Positions 18,000 through 27,531 of a DNA stretch of 42,354 nucleotides are shown one piece after another. Below the pieces are notes generated by a model that saw nothing but the letters and a program-made list of their open reading frames with translations, was not told the origin of the DNA and ran no database searches. Source of the stretch: Ruminococcaceae bacterium UBA6855 (lineage in GTDB: Bacteria; Bacillota; Clostridia; Oscillospirales; Acutalibacteraceae). Made by a program: the position numbers and the translations under genes. Every line of letters starts with the position of its first letter. Positions within the stretch are counted from its first letter, which is position 1. The stretch covers positions 1 to 42,354 of the forward strand of contig DKDF01000113.1 of assembly GCA_002451755.1 (NCBI GenBank). Reading direction: 5' to 3'.

Positions 18000-18686
18000 T
18001 CACTGATGCGTTTTGAAATAGTCGTCCGAAACATCGCGCAGGAAGCGATACATCGGCGCAAATTTTTTGTATATTCCCTCGAGGCGGGTTATTATCCCGT
18101 CGTTCTCAATATCGGAAAGCTCATCGGACGCGAAGATAAAATAAAAATACTTCGCATTGTAAAACTCTTCAAGCCCTGCGGGACAATCGGGCTTAGGACG
18201 CTTATAGCATTCTGTATCGGGCACAGCTCCCGTTGAAAGAACCGATTTCACAGCCTTTTTGAAGCCCTCCGGGTCGTTTCGCAGATGCTCTCTGAAAACC
18301 TCCATATAGTCTGCCGAGACCTCGTATGTTCCGACGCCGCACGACCACTCGCGCGGGGTGACCTCGAACCACATACACGGATACATGTGCCACTCTTTTT
18401 TCGGGCGCATGAACATTATCCACATATTCTCGCGGTAGAGGTGCTTATCGTGGGTATAGCGCGTATCGCGGCGCACCCTCGACACCATCTTCGTCGGTAC
18501 AGTATTCATGAACGGGTCGATGCCGAGCATCATGTCGCTGAGCGACGCCGCTATTTGGCGCATCGGCACGGTCATGTTTTCCTTTATCTTTTCTTTATTC
18601 TCCTCATAGAACGCCTTTGAATCATTGAAGCGGTTGAGCTGCATGAGAAAAAGCGTATCCTGAGTTATTCCCTTGAAATCGCTCAT
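18000..18686 (-). CDS. DUF2461 (TIGR02453) family protein
   Basis: NDSKAFYEENK and SRVRRDTRYTHDKHLYR motifs. Start coupled to the upstream stop (TGATG). Confidence 0.75.
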   Translation of the reverse strand: MSDFKGITQDTLFLMQLNRFNDSKAFYEENKEKIKENMTVPMRQIAASLSDMMLGIDPFMNTVPTKMVSRVRRDTRYTHDKHLYRENMWIMFMRPKKEWHMYPCMWFEVTPREWSCGVGTYEVSADYMEVFREHLRNDPEGFKKAVKSVLSTGAVPDTECYKRPKPDCPAGLEEFYNAKYFYFIFASDELSDIENDGIITRLEGIYKKFAPMYRFLRDVSDDYFKTHQ

Positions 18687-19951
18687 CAGATAAGTCCCCT
18701 GTCGTGCATTGCCTGCGCCGCGAGCATGACGCCCGCCTTGGCACTGTGGAAATTGAAGCCGCCCTGCATCCATGCGGCATAAGGCTCTCTGAGCGGAGCG
18801 TCCGCCGAGAGCTCTATAGACGAGCCCATGGTGAACGCGCCCGCCGCCATAATGACCTGGCTGTCATAGCCGGGCATATCCCACGGCTCGGGCACGACGA
18901 ACGAATCGACCGGCGCGCCCGCCTGCATTCCCTGGCAGAACGCGATAAGCGCTTCGGGCGTTCTGAGCTGGACGGTCTGAATGATATCAAATCGCTCTTC
19001 GTCGCTTGTCGGAGTGACATCAAAGCCGAACTCCTCAAACAGCGCGGCGGCAAAGACTGCGGTCTTGAGCGCCTCGCCGACGATATGGGGCGAATTGAAT
19101 ATGCCCATGAACAGCTCTCTGTTCTGACCGAGCGACGCGCCGACCTCTCTGCCGAGACCGGGGACGGTGGCTCTGTAGGCGCATTTCTCGACAAGATCCG
19201 CCTTGCCTGCTATGTAGCCGCCGTTTTTTGCTATTCCGCCGCCGGCGTTCTTTATCAGCGAGCCCGCCATTATATCCGCGCCGACCTGCACGGGCTCGAC
19301 GCGCTGGACGAACTCGCCGTAGCAGTTATCGACAAAAACTATCGAATCGGACACGCTCTTGACTGCCTTTGCTATTTCGGCTATCTTCTCGACCGAGAGG
19401 CTCGGGCGCAGAGTATAACCGCGCGAACGCTGGATATAGACGAGCTTCGGCTGTTTTGCCTTCACCGCTTCGGTTATCGCGGGGATATCCGGCTCACCGT
19501 CGGAATTCAAATCGACCTGTTCATATTTTACGCCGAAGTCTTTCAGCGATCCCATACCCTCTCCGGTGATACCGATAACGGGGTGGATGGTGTCATATGG
19601 CTGACCTGTAACGCTGAGCATTGTATCGCCCGGACGGAGAAGTCCGAAGAGCGCGACGCCGAGCGTATGCGTACCGCAGGCGAAGCTGTGGCGCACAAGA
19701 GCCGCCTCAGCTCCGAACGCGCTCGCAAAAACTTTATCGAGCGTCTCGCGTCCGCGATCGCCGTAGCCGTAACCCGTGGTCTCGGTGAAATGGCTCTCGC
19801 TGACCTTGTTTTCGATAAAAGCGGCGAGCACTTTCTGCTGATTATACTCCGTGTTTTTCTCGATTCGCGCGAAGCTGTGTTCGGCACGCTCAAGAGCTCT
19901 TTCGGAGGCATTGAGTATTTTCTCGTCAAATTTGAAAAATGTCTGTTCCAT
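18686..19951 (-). CDS. Methionine gamma-lyase-family / aluminium resistance protein (YnbB-like, PLP-dependent)
   Basis: TGYGYGDRGR, IQRSRGY, DNCYGEF, PLP lysine in GSLIKN, GSSIELSADAP. Confidence 0.88.
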   Translation of the reverse strand: MEQTFFKFDEKILNASERALERAEHSFARIEKNTEYNQQKVLAAFIENKVSESHFTETTGYGYGDRGRETLDKVFASAFGAEAALVRHSFACGTHTLGVALFGLLRPGDTMLSVTGQPYDTIHPVIGITGEGMGSLKDFGVKYEQVDLNSDGEPDIPAITEAVKAKQPKLVYIQRSRGYTLRPSLSVEKIAEIAKAVKSVSDSIVFVDNCYGEFVQRVEPVQVGADIMAGSLIKNAGGGIAKNGGYIAGKADLVEKCAYRATVPGLGREVGASLGQNRELFMGIFNSPHIVGEALKTAVFAAALFEEFGFDVTPTSDEERFDIIQTVQLRTPEALIAFCQGMQAGAPVDSFVVPEPWDMPGYDSQVIMAAGAFTMGSSIELSADAPLREPYAAWMQGGFNFHSAKAGVMLAAQAMHDRGLI

Positions 19952-19952
19952 G

Positions 19953-20717
19953 TTATATTTCCTGTTCTGTATCATATTCGGCCCATCTGCCGACGGGCGC
20001 AAAGCCCGATTTTTTATAAAACTCAACTATACTGCCGTCCTTGCAGAAGAGTTCGACTCTCCTGCCCTCTGACGAATATCTTTCGGCGAGCGTCAGCACC
20101 GCCTCGCCGCCGAGTCCCCTGCCGCGCATATCCTCGCGCGCGGCAACGCAGCCGAGAAAGGCTGCCGAATCGGCGACAAACAGAGCGCAGGCGCACGCCG
20201 CGAGCGTTTCGCCGCTGTATATCACGCTCCACTGAGCGGTATCTCTATTCATGCGCCTCGACACATCCGCGATCCACTCGTCGCGCCCGTCGAGACGGTC
20301 GAAGCCGGAAGAAACGAGCAGCGAATATACATCGCGCAGATCGGGATACCTCGGCATCTGAGCTTCGCCGCGCAGAGGGCGCAGAAGATGCTCGAATCGG
20401 ACTATATTACCGCTTCTTGTCGGAGAAAGTCCGAGCTTTTGGCACACGCTCTCTTTGCAGGAGAGCGTTGAAAAGCCTATGATTTTGAGAAACTGCCAAA
20501 GCTCTTCAAAATCCGCGTTTGATTCGGCGCTCAGCACAACGCTGTCATAGGCACGGCAGACCGCAGCGGTTATAATATTCTCGTCATTCCGCTGAACCCA
20601 GAACCGAACGGCGGCGGAATCGGCGGAATAAGTTTTAAGATACCCGGCGATTTTCGTGCCGAACGCGTCGCGGCGGCAAAAATCAAGAAGCTCTTTTTCT
20701 TCAGCCAGCTTAAGCAT
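19953..20717 (-). CDS. GNAT family N-acetyltransferase
   Basis: C-terminal motif A REDMRGRGLG and FYKKSGF. Confidence 0.8.
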   Translation of the reverse strand: MLKLAEEKELLDFCRRDAFGTKIAGYLKTYSADSAAVRFWVQRNDENIITAAVCRAYDSVVLSAESNADFEELWQFLKIIGFSTLSCKESVCQKLGLSPTRSGNIVRFEHLLRPLRGEAQMPRYPDLRDVYSLLVSSGFDRLDGRDEWIADVSRRMNRDTAQWSVIYSGETLAACACALFVADSAAFLGCVAAREDMRGRGLGGEAVLTLAERYSSEGRRVELFCKDGSIVEFYKKSGFAPVGRWAEYDTEQEI

Positions 20718-21732
20718 TTGCGAGCTCCCCGAGCATCACCTTTGCAAGGCGGAGAACATCGTCTCCGTCGCTCATTTTTATCACGCACGAGGGCGAGTGG
20801 AGATATCTGCACGGGAGCGAAACTGCGAGAGTTTTGACTCCGCCCGCGCTGACATGAATAGCCTTCGCGTCGTTTCCGCCGGCGACCATCGTCTTTGTCT
20901 GTATCTTTATGCCGTTTTCCTCTGCCTTTTTGAACGCAAGCTCATAGAGGTCGTGGTCATAGATAGTGCCTCTGTCCATAAAACCGACGACTGCGCCCTC
21001 GCCGAGAGCGCAAACGCGCTTTTCGCCGTCAACGCCGGGGATATCCGCAGCGGTCGTGGTTTCAAGCACGATGGCATAATCGGGTCTGATGCTGAACGCA
21101 GAGGCTTTCGCGCCGCGCGTCCCTATCTCCTCCTGAACGCTGAACGAGAAATCCGCGTCATACTCGAGCTCGCTCTTTATCATCTCAATCATCACGGCGC
21201 AGCCCATTCTGTCATCGAGTGCTCTGCCCTGAACGAGTCCGTCGCCGAACTTTCTTATTCCAGAGTCGAACACCACAGTATCGCCTAAAGAGACATATTC
21301 GCGCGCCTCATCCGCCGACTCCGCGCCGATATCTATATACATCTCGTCAGCCTTGGGCATATCGAGCTCCTCTGCTCTGGGGAGCAGATGAATCGGCTTG
21401 AGTCCGACAACGCCGCTTATCTCTTTATCGCCGACCTTTACGCTTCTGCCGAGATAAACTCTGGGGTCGACGCCGCCGACGGCAGAAAATCTGAGCATTC
21501 CCTCATCGGTGATATATGTGACGATCATGCCGACCTCGTCCATATGGGCGTCGAACATGACTTTATTTTTCGCGGGATTCTTTCCTTTTTTGTGCACGAT
21601 AAGATTGCCGAGCGGATCGACGCGCCAATCGGCGAAGCCGTCTATCTCGGAGATTATAAACTCGCGCACCTTATCTTCCCTGCCGGACACGCCGCCTATC
21701 GAGCAGAGTTTTTCGAGCAGTCCGTACATCAT
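20710..21732 (-). CDS. M42 family metallo-aminopeptidase
   Basis: AHMDEVG, RALDDR, QEEIG, GGNDA and RYLHS motifs. Confidence 0.9.
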   Translation of the reverse strand: MMYGLLEKLCSIGGVSGREDKVREFIISEIDGFADWRVDPLGNLIVHKKGKNPAKNKVMFDAHMDEVGMIVTYITDEGMLRFSAVGGVDPRVYLGRSVKVGDKEISGVVGLKPIHLLPRAEELDMPKADEMYIDIGAESADEAREYVSLGDTVVFDSGIRKFGDGLVQGRALDDRMGCAVMIEMIKSELEYDADFSFSVQEEIGTRGAKASAFSIRPDYAIVLETTTAADIPGVDGEKRVCALGEGAVVGFMDRGTIYDHDLYELAFKKAEENGIKIQTKTMVAGGNDAKAIHVSAGGVKTLAVSLPCRYLHSPSCVIKMSDGDDVLRLAKVMLGELANA

Positions 21733-22757
21733 GCGCGCCCCCTTTCGATTATATATGCCGCCATAAGTCGGGCGACGGCTTCGATATCATTGAGATCGAC
21801 TATCTCGACCGCAGTGTGCATATTCCTCTGCGGAATAGAGATGAGTCCCATCTTAACTCCGCTTCCCGCGACCTGAATCTCGTCGGCGTTGGTGCCGGTG
21901 CTGCCGCTCATGACCTCGCACTGGCGAGCGATGCCGTTTTCGTCGGCGATGCGCTCGAGGGTGCGGGACATCGAATAATCGAGCGAGGGCGAGAAGCCTA
22001 TCATCGCGCCGCCGCCGAGCTTGCCGCACTTCTCCTTTTTGAGTCCGGGAGCCATGGCGAAGCTGACATCAACGGCGATAGCCTCATCGGGTGCCGCCGC
22101 AAAGCCGCCCGCCGCCGCTCCGCTGCCGCCCGTCTCCTCCTGAGACGAGAAGAGCACGCTGATACGGCAACCGTGATTTTTATCTTTGAGCAGCTCGAGG
22201 CAGCGAAGTATCGCCGCAACGCCCGCTCTATCATCGAGCGCGGCGCAGCTGACTCTGCCGCCGAGAAGCTCCTTCGGGGTGCTGTTGACGGTAATACGCA
22301 TACCGGGGCGCACGATTTTTTTGACCTCGTCGGCGGTCATGCCGACATCTATTGAAAGGTCTTCAATCTTTTTCGCTTTTTTGTCATCGTCGCCCGAGGC
22401 GAGATGCGGCGGAGTCGAAGTTATCACGCCGAAAAGCGGCTCGTCGCCCCACACCGTCACCTGCTCCGCGGCGAGGACCCGTGCATCTATTCCGCCGACG
22501 CGCTCGAATTTTATAAATCCGCTGTCGTCGATTGCGGTAACGGTCATTCCAATTCTGTCTATATGAGCGTCGAGCAGGATATGCACCCCGTCGCCGCCCG
22601 TATCACCGCACACGCTGCCGAGCGTGTCGATATGTGCGGGCATATACTCTTCGAGCATTGATTTTGCAAGCAGAGCCGCCTCGTTCTCGTTGCCGGAGGT
22701 TCCGTTTGCGCCTGCGAGCGCCAAAACAACAGATTTCAAATCTTTATTTTTGAACAA
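21729..22757 (-). CDS. M42 family metallo-aminopeptidase (paralog)
   Basis: DAHID, ALDDRAG, QEETG, VDV, TGTNA and RNMHT motifs. Confidence 0.88.
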   Translation of the reverse strand: MFKNKDLKSVVLALAGANGTSGNENEAALLAKSMLEEYMPAHIDTLGSVCGDTGGDGVHILLDAHIDRIGMTVTAIDDSGFIKFERVGGIDARVLAAEQVTVWGDEPLFGVITSTPPHLASGDDDKKAKKIEDLSIDVGMTADEVKKIVRPGMRITVNSTPKELLGGRVSCAALDDRAGVAAILRCLELLKDKNHGCRISVLFSSQEETGGSGAAAGGFAAAPDEAIAVDVSFAMAPGLKKEKCGKLGGGAMIGFSPSLDYSMSRTLERIADENGIARQCEVMSGSTGTNADEIQVAGSGVKMGLISIPQRNMHTAVEIVDLNDIEAVARLMAAYIIERGRA

Positions 22758-22856
22758 GTTACATCTTCCTTTCTAAAAATTAAGTTGAAAATCAAAAGAA
22801 TATGGAGTATTATAATAATTGACAACAAAGTCAAGTAATCGATTGGAGAGGTAGCA

Positions 22857-23918
22857 ATGAGTCAGTCGCATCACCATCATCACCATCACAGAAAAAAGAC
22901 GAAGAAAAAGGTTATTATAACAATAGCCGTTATTCTTCTCGTCATAGCAATTCCGCTGACGGCGGGACTTATCACCGTCAACCACTATCTGAGCAAGATG
23001 AACTACGAGGAAGAGACAAAGGACATCAATCCCGAGTTCACCGAGAATCTCTCAGACCCGAACGCGGACAAGGATATATCCGAAAATATAGACGACCCGC
23101 GCATGTGGTACAACGACAACATAATCAATATTCTGCTCATCGGACGCGATCTCGGTCACGGTTCAAAATATTATTCCCGCGCCGACTCAATCATAGTCGT
23201 TTCGATAAACAAGCTCAACAGCGACATAAAGCTCGTCTCACTCTCGCGAGCGACCTATGTCTCCATCCCCGGCCATGGCAACGCCCGACTCAATGCGGCG
23301 CATGCCTACGGCGGATCGAAGCTGCTCATAGACACGAGAGAGCAGAACTATAAGATAAGAATCGACCACTATGTGAGCATCGATTTCAACGGCTTCATCA
23401 AAGCCATTGACGCGCTCGGCGGAGTTGACATAGCGCTGACCGAGAGCGAAGTGAAGGCTCTCTCTCCGATACTCAAGCAGAACGGCACCGTAGTAAAGGG
23501 CGCCGGAACTTATCATCTCAACGGCAACGAGGCTCTCGAATATGCCCGCCTGCGCGACATCGACAGCGACAGAGCGAGAACCGAGCGCCAGAGAACGATT
23601 CTCATGTCCATCTTCTCGAAATTCAAGAAGATGTACTCGACCGAAAATTATTCGACCCTGCTCAGCAAGAGCACGAAGTTCCTCGATCAGGTTCTGCCGC
23701 TCGTGAGCACCGACTTCACAAAGAGCGAGATAATCAGCCAGGCAACGACCTATGCCGGATATCTCAAGTGGCCCGTAACCGAAGCTATCATCCCGAGAGA
23801 CAAAACTCCGCTGACAAAGATAAACGGCGTTGAGGTACTGATAGTCAACTGGGCGAAAGTCAAGAATGACATTCACGAAGTCCTCTATCCCGGCATTGAG
23901 CCCCAGGAGCAATCCTGA
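22857..23918 (+). CDS. LCP (LytR-CpsA-Psr) family glycopolymer transferase
   Basis: Single TM, NILLIGRD, RADSIIV, RLNAAHAYGG, ALEYARLR and DRARTERQR motifs. N-terminal His7 tract. Confidence 0.9.
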   Translation: MSQSHHHHHHHRKKTKKKVIITIAVILLVIAIPLTAGLITVNHYLSKMNYEEETKDINPEFTENLSDPNADKDISENIDDPRMWYNDNIINILLIGRDLGHGSKYYSRADSIIVVSINKLNSDIKLVSLSRATYVSIPGHGNARLNAAHAYGGSKLLIDTREQNYKIRIDHYVSIDFNGFIKAIDALGGVDIALTESEVKALSPILKQNGTVVKGAGTYHLNGNEALEYARLRDIDSDRARTERQRTILMSIFSKFKKMYSTENYSTLLSKSTKFLDQVLPLVSTDFTKSEIISQATTYAGYLKWPVTEAIIPRDKTPLTKINGVEVLIVNWAKVKNDIHEVLYPGIEPQEQS

Positions 23919-23937
23919 GGCTCATAGATAGGATAAT

Positions 23938-25215
23938 TTACAGCTCGACGCCGCCGACAGGGCGGACAGAGAGTATGTAGCACGAACCCGCACCGAATAC
24001 TTTTTCCATCAGGTCTTTGTACTCATCAAGCTTATTGAGCGGTACAAAGGCCTGAATTGTTCCTGCGAAGCCGCCGCCGTGGACTCTCCATGCGCCGCAG
24101 CCGTCAAGCAGCTTTTCGCTCAGCGAAAGTGCGAGCGACACGGGCTGCTCGGACGCTTTCTTGCAGGAATAGACATTCTGGTTGTACATATAAGAAGAGC
24201 GTCCGCTCTCGATAATATATTTCTTGAAGGTCTCGAAGTCGCCAGCCTTGAGCGCAGCCGCCTGCTTCTCGACGCGCGCGTTATCGCCATAGAAATGCAT
24301 GGCGCGAAGCACGGCTCTGTCTCCGCAGGAGGAGCGGATATCGGCTATGTTCTTCATGAACTCGTCCTCATCGACCTCGCGCAGGACGCTCTTGCCGAGA
24401 TATTCGGCGACGCTCTCCATCTCCTTGCGCACGGCGGCATACTCATCGGTAAGATCGGAGTGGCTTCCGCCGGTATCCACGATGCAAAGAGCATATCCGC
24501 AGGAGGCAAAATCAAAATCGAGCTTCTCGATAACGGGATTTGCGGGGTCGGCAAAGTCGATCTCAACGAACGAGCCGACCGAGCTTGTCATCTGGTCGAG
24601 CAGACCGCAGGGCTTGCCGAAGAACTTGTTCTCCGCCGCCTGAGCTATCTGCGCGATTTCAACATCGCTCACCTTACCGTCGTTAAACAGATGATTGAGG
24701 ATAGTTCCGAGCAGGACTTCAAACGCCGCAGAGGACGAAAGACCCGAGCCGGAGAGCACATCGGACGCGGTCGCCGCATCGAATGCGCCGATATTATATC
24801 CGCGCGACTTGAACTCGGCGCACACGCCGCGGACAAGTGCCTTTGACTTGCCGAACTCGGCTTCGTGCGGCTCGAGGTCGCTGATATCGATAGTGTCCAT
24901 GGCGTAGCCTTCGCTCTTGACATTGACTACTGTACCCTCGCTCTTCGCGGCGACGGCTATTGCGTCAAGATTGACGCTCGCGGCGAGCACGCGGCCGTGG
25001 TTATGGTCGGTGTGATTGCCTCCGATTTCGGTTCTGCCGGGTGCGCTGAAGAGACCCGCTTCGCGGCCCTCACCGTAGAACTCCTCGAACTCGCCGATAA
25101 CGCGGCAATAGCGCTTTTTCTGAGCATCGACGGTGCCGGACGGATAGAGCTTTGAAAGCTCGGCGTCATATGTGCCGTCGGTCATTCTTTTTTTCAGGAC
25201 ATCTGTGGTATACAT
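23938..25215 (-). CDS. galK: Galactokinase (GHMP kinase)
   Basis: APGRTEIGGNHTDH, GSGLSSSAA, CGLLDQ and RVHGGGFAG motifs. Confidence 0.85.
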   Translation of the reverse strand: MYTTDVLKKRMTDGTYDAELSKLYPSGTVDAQKKRYCRVIGEFEEFYGEGREAGLFSAPGRTEIGGNHTDHNHGRVLAASVNLDAIAVAAKSEGTVVNVKSEGYAMDTIDISDLEPHEAEFGKSKALVRGVCAEFKSRGYNIGAFDAATASDVLSGSGLSSSAAFEVLLGTILNHLFNDGKVSDVEIAQIAQAAENKFFGKPCGLLDQMTSSVGSFVEIDFADPANPVIEKLDFDFASCGYALCIVDTGGSHSDLTDEYAAVRKEMESVAEYLGKSVLREVDEDEFMKNIADIRSSCGDRAVLRAMHFYGDNARVEKQAAALKAGDFETFKKYIIESGRSSYMYNQNVYSCKKASEQPVSLALSLSEKLLDGCGAWRVHGGGFAGTIQAFVPLNKLDEYKDLMEKVFGAGSCYILSVRPVGGVEL

Positions 25216-25238
25216 AAATCTACCTCGTTTCCGTGATA

Positions 25239-25982
25239 TTAATTATCTTTATTTTTCTTTGAGCTTGAAACGCTCTTTTCAACTAAAAGCCATATGAGGT
25301 TGACGCACAAAAGCGACGCGCCGCTTATGGTCAAGGCTATCATCAGGGGCACAAGGAACGCAGACGAGAGCGGATCGAAAACGTTGGTACCCATGAAAGT
25401 ATATGACAGCAGCTTCGGCGCAAAGCCCGCCGCCGAGAGCAGGATGAACTGCCAATAAGGGAACTTGAGCGAGCCGTAAATCCGGCTGACGCTGCCGAGC
25501 GGGAATCCGGGGATAAGGCGCAGGGCAAAGAGCAGAGCCTTGTTGACCTTGCCGGAGCTCTCGATTATCTTTCTGGCGCGTTCATTCTTGCTGATTATCT
25601 TCCATGCGTTCCCGCTGCCGAACTTCATACCCTCGAAATATTTGATGCTCATCATAATTATGACCCCGAGGAAGTTCACTATCAACGCCCAATATGACGG
25701 CAGAACAGCACCTGTAAGGACGCAGATAGCCGAGACCGCGAGGAACGGGATAAAGGTGCGCACAAGGAAGACTATCAGCATGGCGAGCACGAACTTCCAG
25801 CTGATGCCGAGCGACTGTATGAACTGCTCTGCTTCAAGCAGCTTTTCCTGATAGACCTTATACCAAAGCCACAGCTGATCATATCTCAGCAGATAGACGA
25901 CCACCGAGACGGCTGCGGCGGATATAAGCAATGCAAAGCCCGCGGCGTTCATTATACCGCTTCGTGTCCAATGCTTTTTCAA
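25239..25982 (-). CDS. VTT / TVP38 (DedA superfamily) membrane protein
   Basis: Hydrophobic protein with the LRLIPGFP motif. Confidence 0.75.
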   Translation of the reverse strand: MKKHWTRSGIMNAAGFALLISAAAVSVVVYLLRYDQLWLWYKVYQEKLLEAEQFIQSLGISWKFVLAMLIVFLVRTFIPFLAVSAICVLTGAVLPSYWALIVNFLGVIIMMSIKYFEGMKFGSGNAWKIISKNERARKIIESSGKVNKALLFALRLIPGFPLGSVSRIYGSLKFPYWQFILLSAAGFAPKLLSYTFMGTNVFDPLSSAFLVPLMIALTISGASLLCVNLIWLLVEKSVSSSKKNKDN

Positions 25983-26011
25983 GCCTTCACCTCAACAAAA
26001 GTTTACATATA

Positions 26012-26040
26012 ATTGTATAACATATTTCAGATCTTTTCAA
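26012..26040 (-). promoter_or_regulatory. Sigma-A promoter of the VTT-galK unit
   Basis: Minus strand TTGAAA, N17, TACAAT. Confidence 0.55.
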
Positions 26041-26163
26041 CTCAAACCGCACAAATTTTGGCGCAAATATCTTTTAAGCGGACGCACAATATGATATAAT
26101 AGTATCATGATGTGTAATATGCACACAGACATATCATTCAACAGGTCAAGAGGAGGAATTTTC

Positions 26164-27531
26164 ATGGGCAAGAAAGCTGTCGTTCTCAGCGGAGGCGGAG
26201 CAAAGGGCGGCTATCAGATAGGGGTCTGGAAGGTGCTCAGGCAGATGGGATTCACGCCCGACATAGTCGTCGGCACATCCGTCGGCGCACTCAACGGCGC
26301 ACTCATGGCGCTCGACAATTTCGACGCGGCACTCGACATCTGGGAAAACATGAGCATGGACAGCGTGTTTCAGAATTTCGTCAACATGTCCGACGAAGAA
26401 AACCCCGACCGTGAATCATACATAAAAGAACTCGCAAAAGAGGCAATTTTTAAAGGCGGCGCGGACTACACCCCGCTGCAGGAGCGCGTCAAATCGCTCA
26501 TGGACGAAGAAAAGCTGCGCACCTCTCCGATACGCTTCGGACTGGTCACGACGATGTTCCCGAAGATAAAGCCGGTCGAAGTTTTCATCGAAGATATTCC
26601 GGAGGGCAAGGCCGCAGACTATGTGCTCGCGAGCGCGGCGGCGTTCCCGTTCATGAAGTCATACAAAATCGGCGAATCCGCTTTTGTTGACGGCGGATAC
26701 TCGGACAATATGCCCGTCAAGATGGCTATTGAGGCGGGTGCTGATGACATTGTGGTGGTCAACATCGGCAAGAACCCCGGCGCAAAGTTCGGCGAGGCGG
26801 ACAATGTCTCGTTCAAATATATCAGCAGCAAGAAGCCGCTCAACGATGTCTTCGGCGGCATGCTGATGTTTGACGGCGACATGTCGCGCGGAAACATCCG
26901 CCAGGGCGAGCTCGACGCATACAAGGCATATGATCTGCTCGACGGATATTACTATGCGTTCAAGAAATACGAAAAATACAAGATCGCGCCGTTCGAGCCC
27001 TACTGCGCGAAGAAATTCGACGCGATATTCTCGGGTCTCCCGAGCGCGGGCAGAATAGAGAGAGGCGGGCGCGAAAGCGTGCTGAACTTCCTGCGCGGAT
27101 ACGACGACAGACCGTTTGAATTCAACTCAAATGTGCTCTACTGCGCCGAGACTGCCGGCGATATCTTCGGCATCAACATGCGCGAGGAATACACCGTCGC
27201 GAGCTTCGACAAGCTCATAAATGAGAACGCGACGGCGCTCATCACCGAGGAATACGGCACAAAAATCGATGAGCTGACCGAGAAGCTCGACAAGGGTCTG
27301 AGCCTCGATCTGCTCAAGATGGTGGCGAATAACTTTGACAAAAAGTTCCTGCTCGCCTACACACTGAAGATTCTGCTCGGCGACAGGATAGAATACTCAG
27401 ACAAGCGCAGGCTCTGGCTGATAGCGGACATCATGCCGCAGGTATTCTGCGCCGCGCTCTACTGCTGCGCGTCGATACTCAACGCCAAAGAACACGGAAA
27501 GGAAACTCAGGATGAAGATAGTAATTCTTGA
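26164..27531 (+). CDS. Patatin-like phospholipase with C-terminal extension
   Basis: LSGGGAKG, GTSVG nucleophile elbow and DGG motif. GAGGAGG RBS. Confidence 0.88.
   Translation: MGKKAVVLSGGGAKGGYQIGVWKVLRQMGFTPDIVVGTSVGALNGALMALDNFDAALDIWENMSMDSVFQNFVNMSDEENPDRESYIKELAKEAIFKGGADYTPLQERVKSLMDEEKLRTSPIRFGLVTTMFPKIKPVEVFIEDIPEGKAADYVLASAAAFPFMKSYKIGESAFVDGGYSDNMPVKMAIEAGADDIVVVNIGKNPGAKFGEADNVSFKYISSKKPLNDVFGGMLMFDGDMSRGNIRQGELDAYKAYDLLDGYYYAFKKYEKYKIAPFEPYCAKKFDAIFSGLPSAGRIERGGRESVLNFLRGYDDRPFEFNSNVLYCAETAGDIFGINMREEYTVASFDKLINENATALITEEYGTKIDELTEKLDKGLSLDLLKMVANNFDKKFLLAYTLKILLGDRIEYSDKRRLWLIADIMPQVFCAALYCCASILNAKEHGKETQDEDSNS

Noticed and set aside
18704..20482. 592-aa plus-strand ORF
   Set aside because: Antisense shadow of the well-supported YnbB-like and GNAT genes, with no motifs. 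Such shadows are expected under GC-rich codon bias.
26164..27531. Patatin as a CBASS or other anti-phage effector
   Set aside because: No CD-NTase or other defence gene is adjacent. The context is metabolic and the DUF4037 gene is about 9 kb away in another operon.
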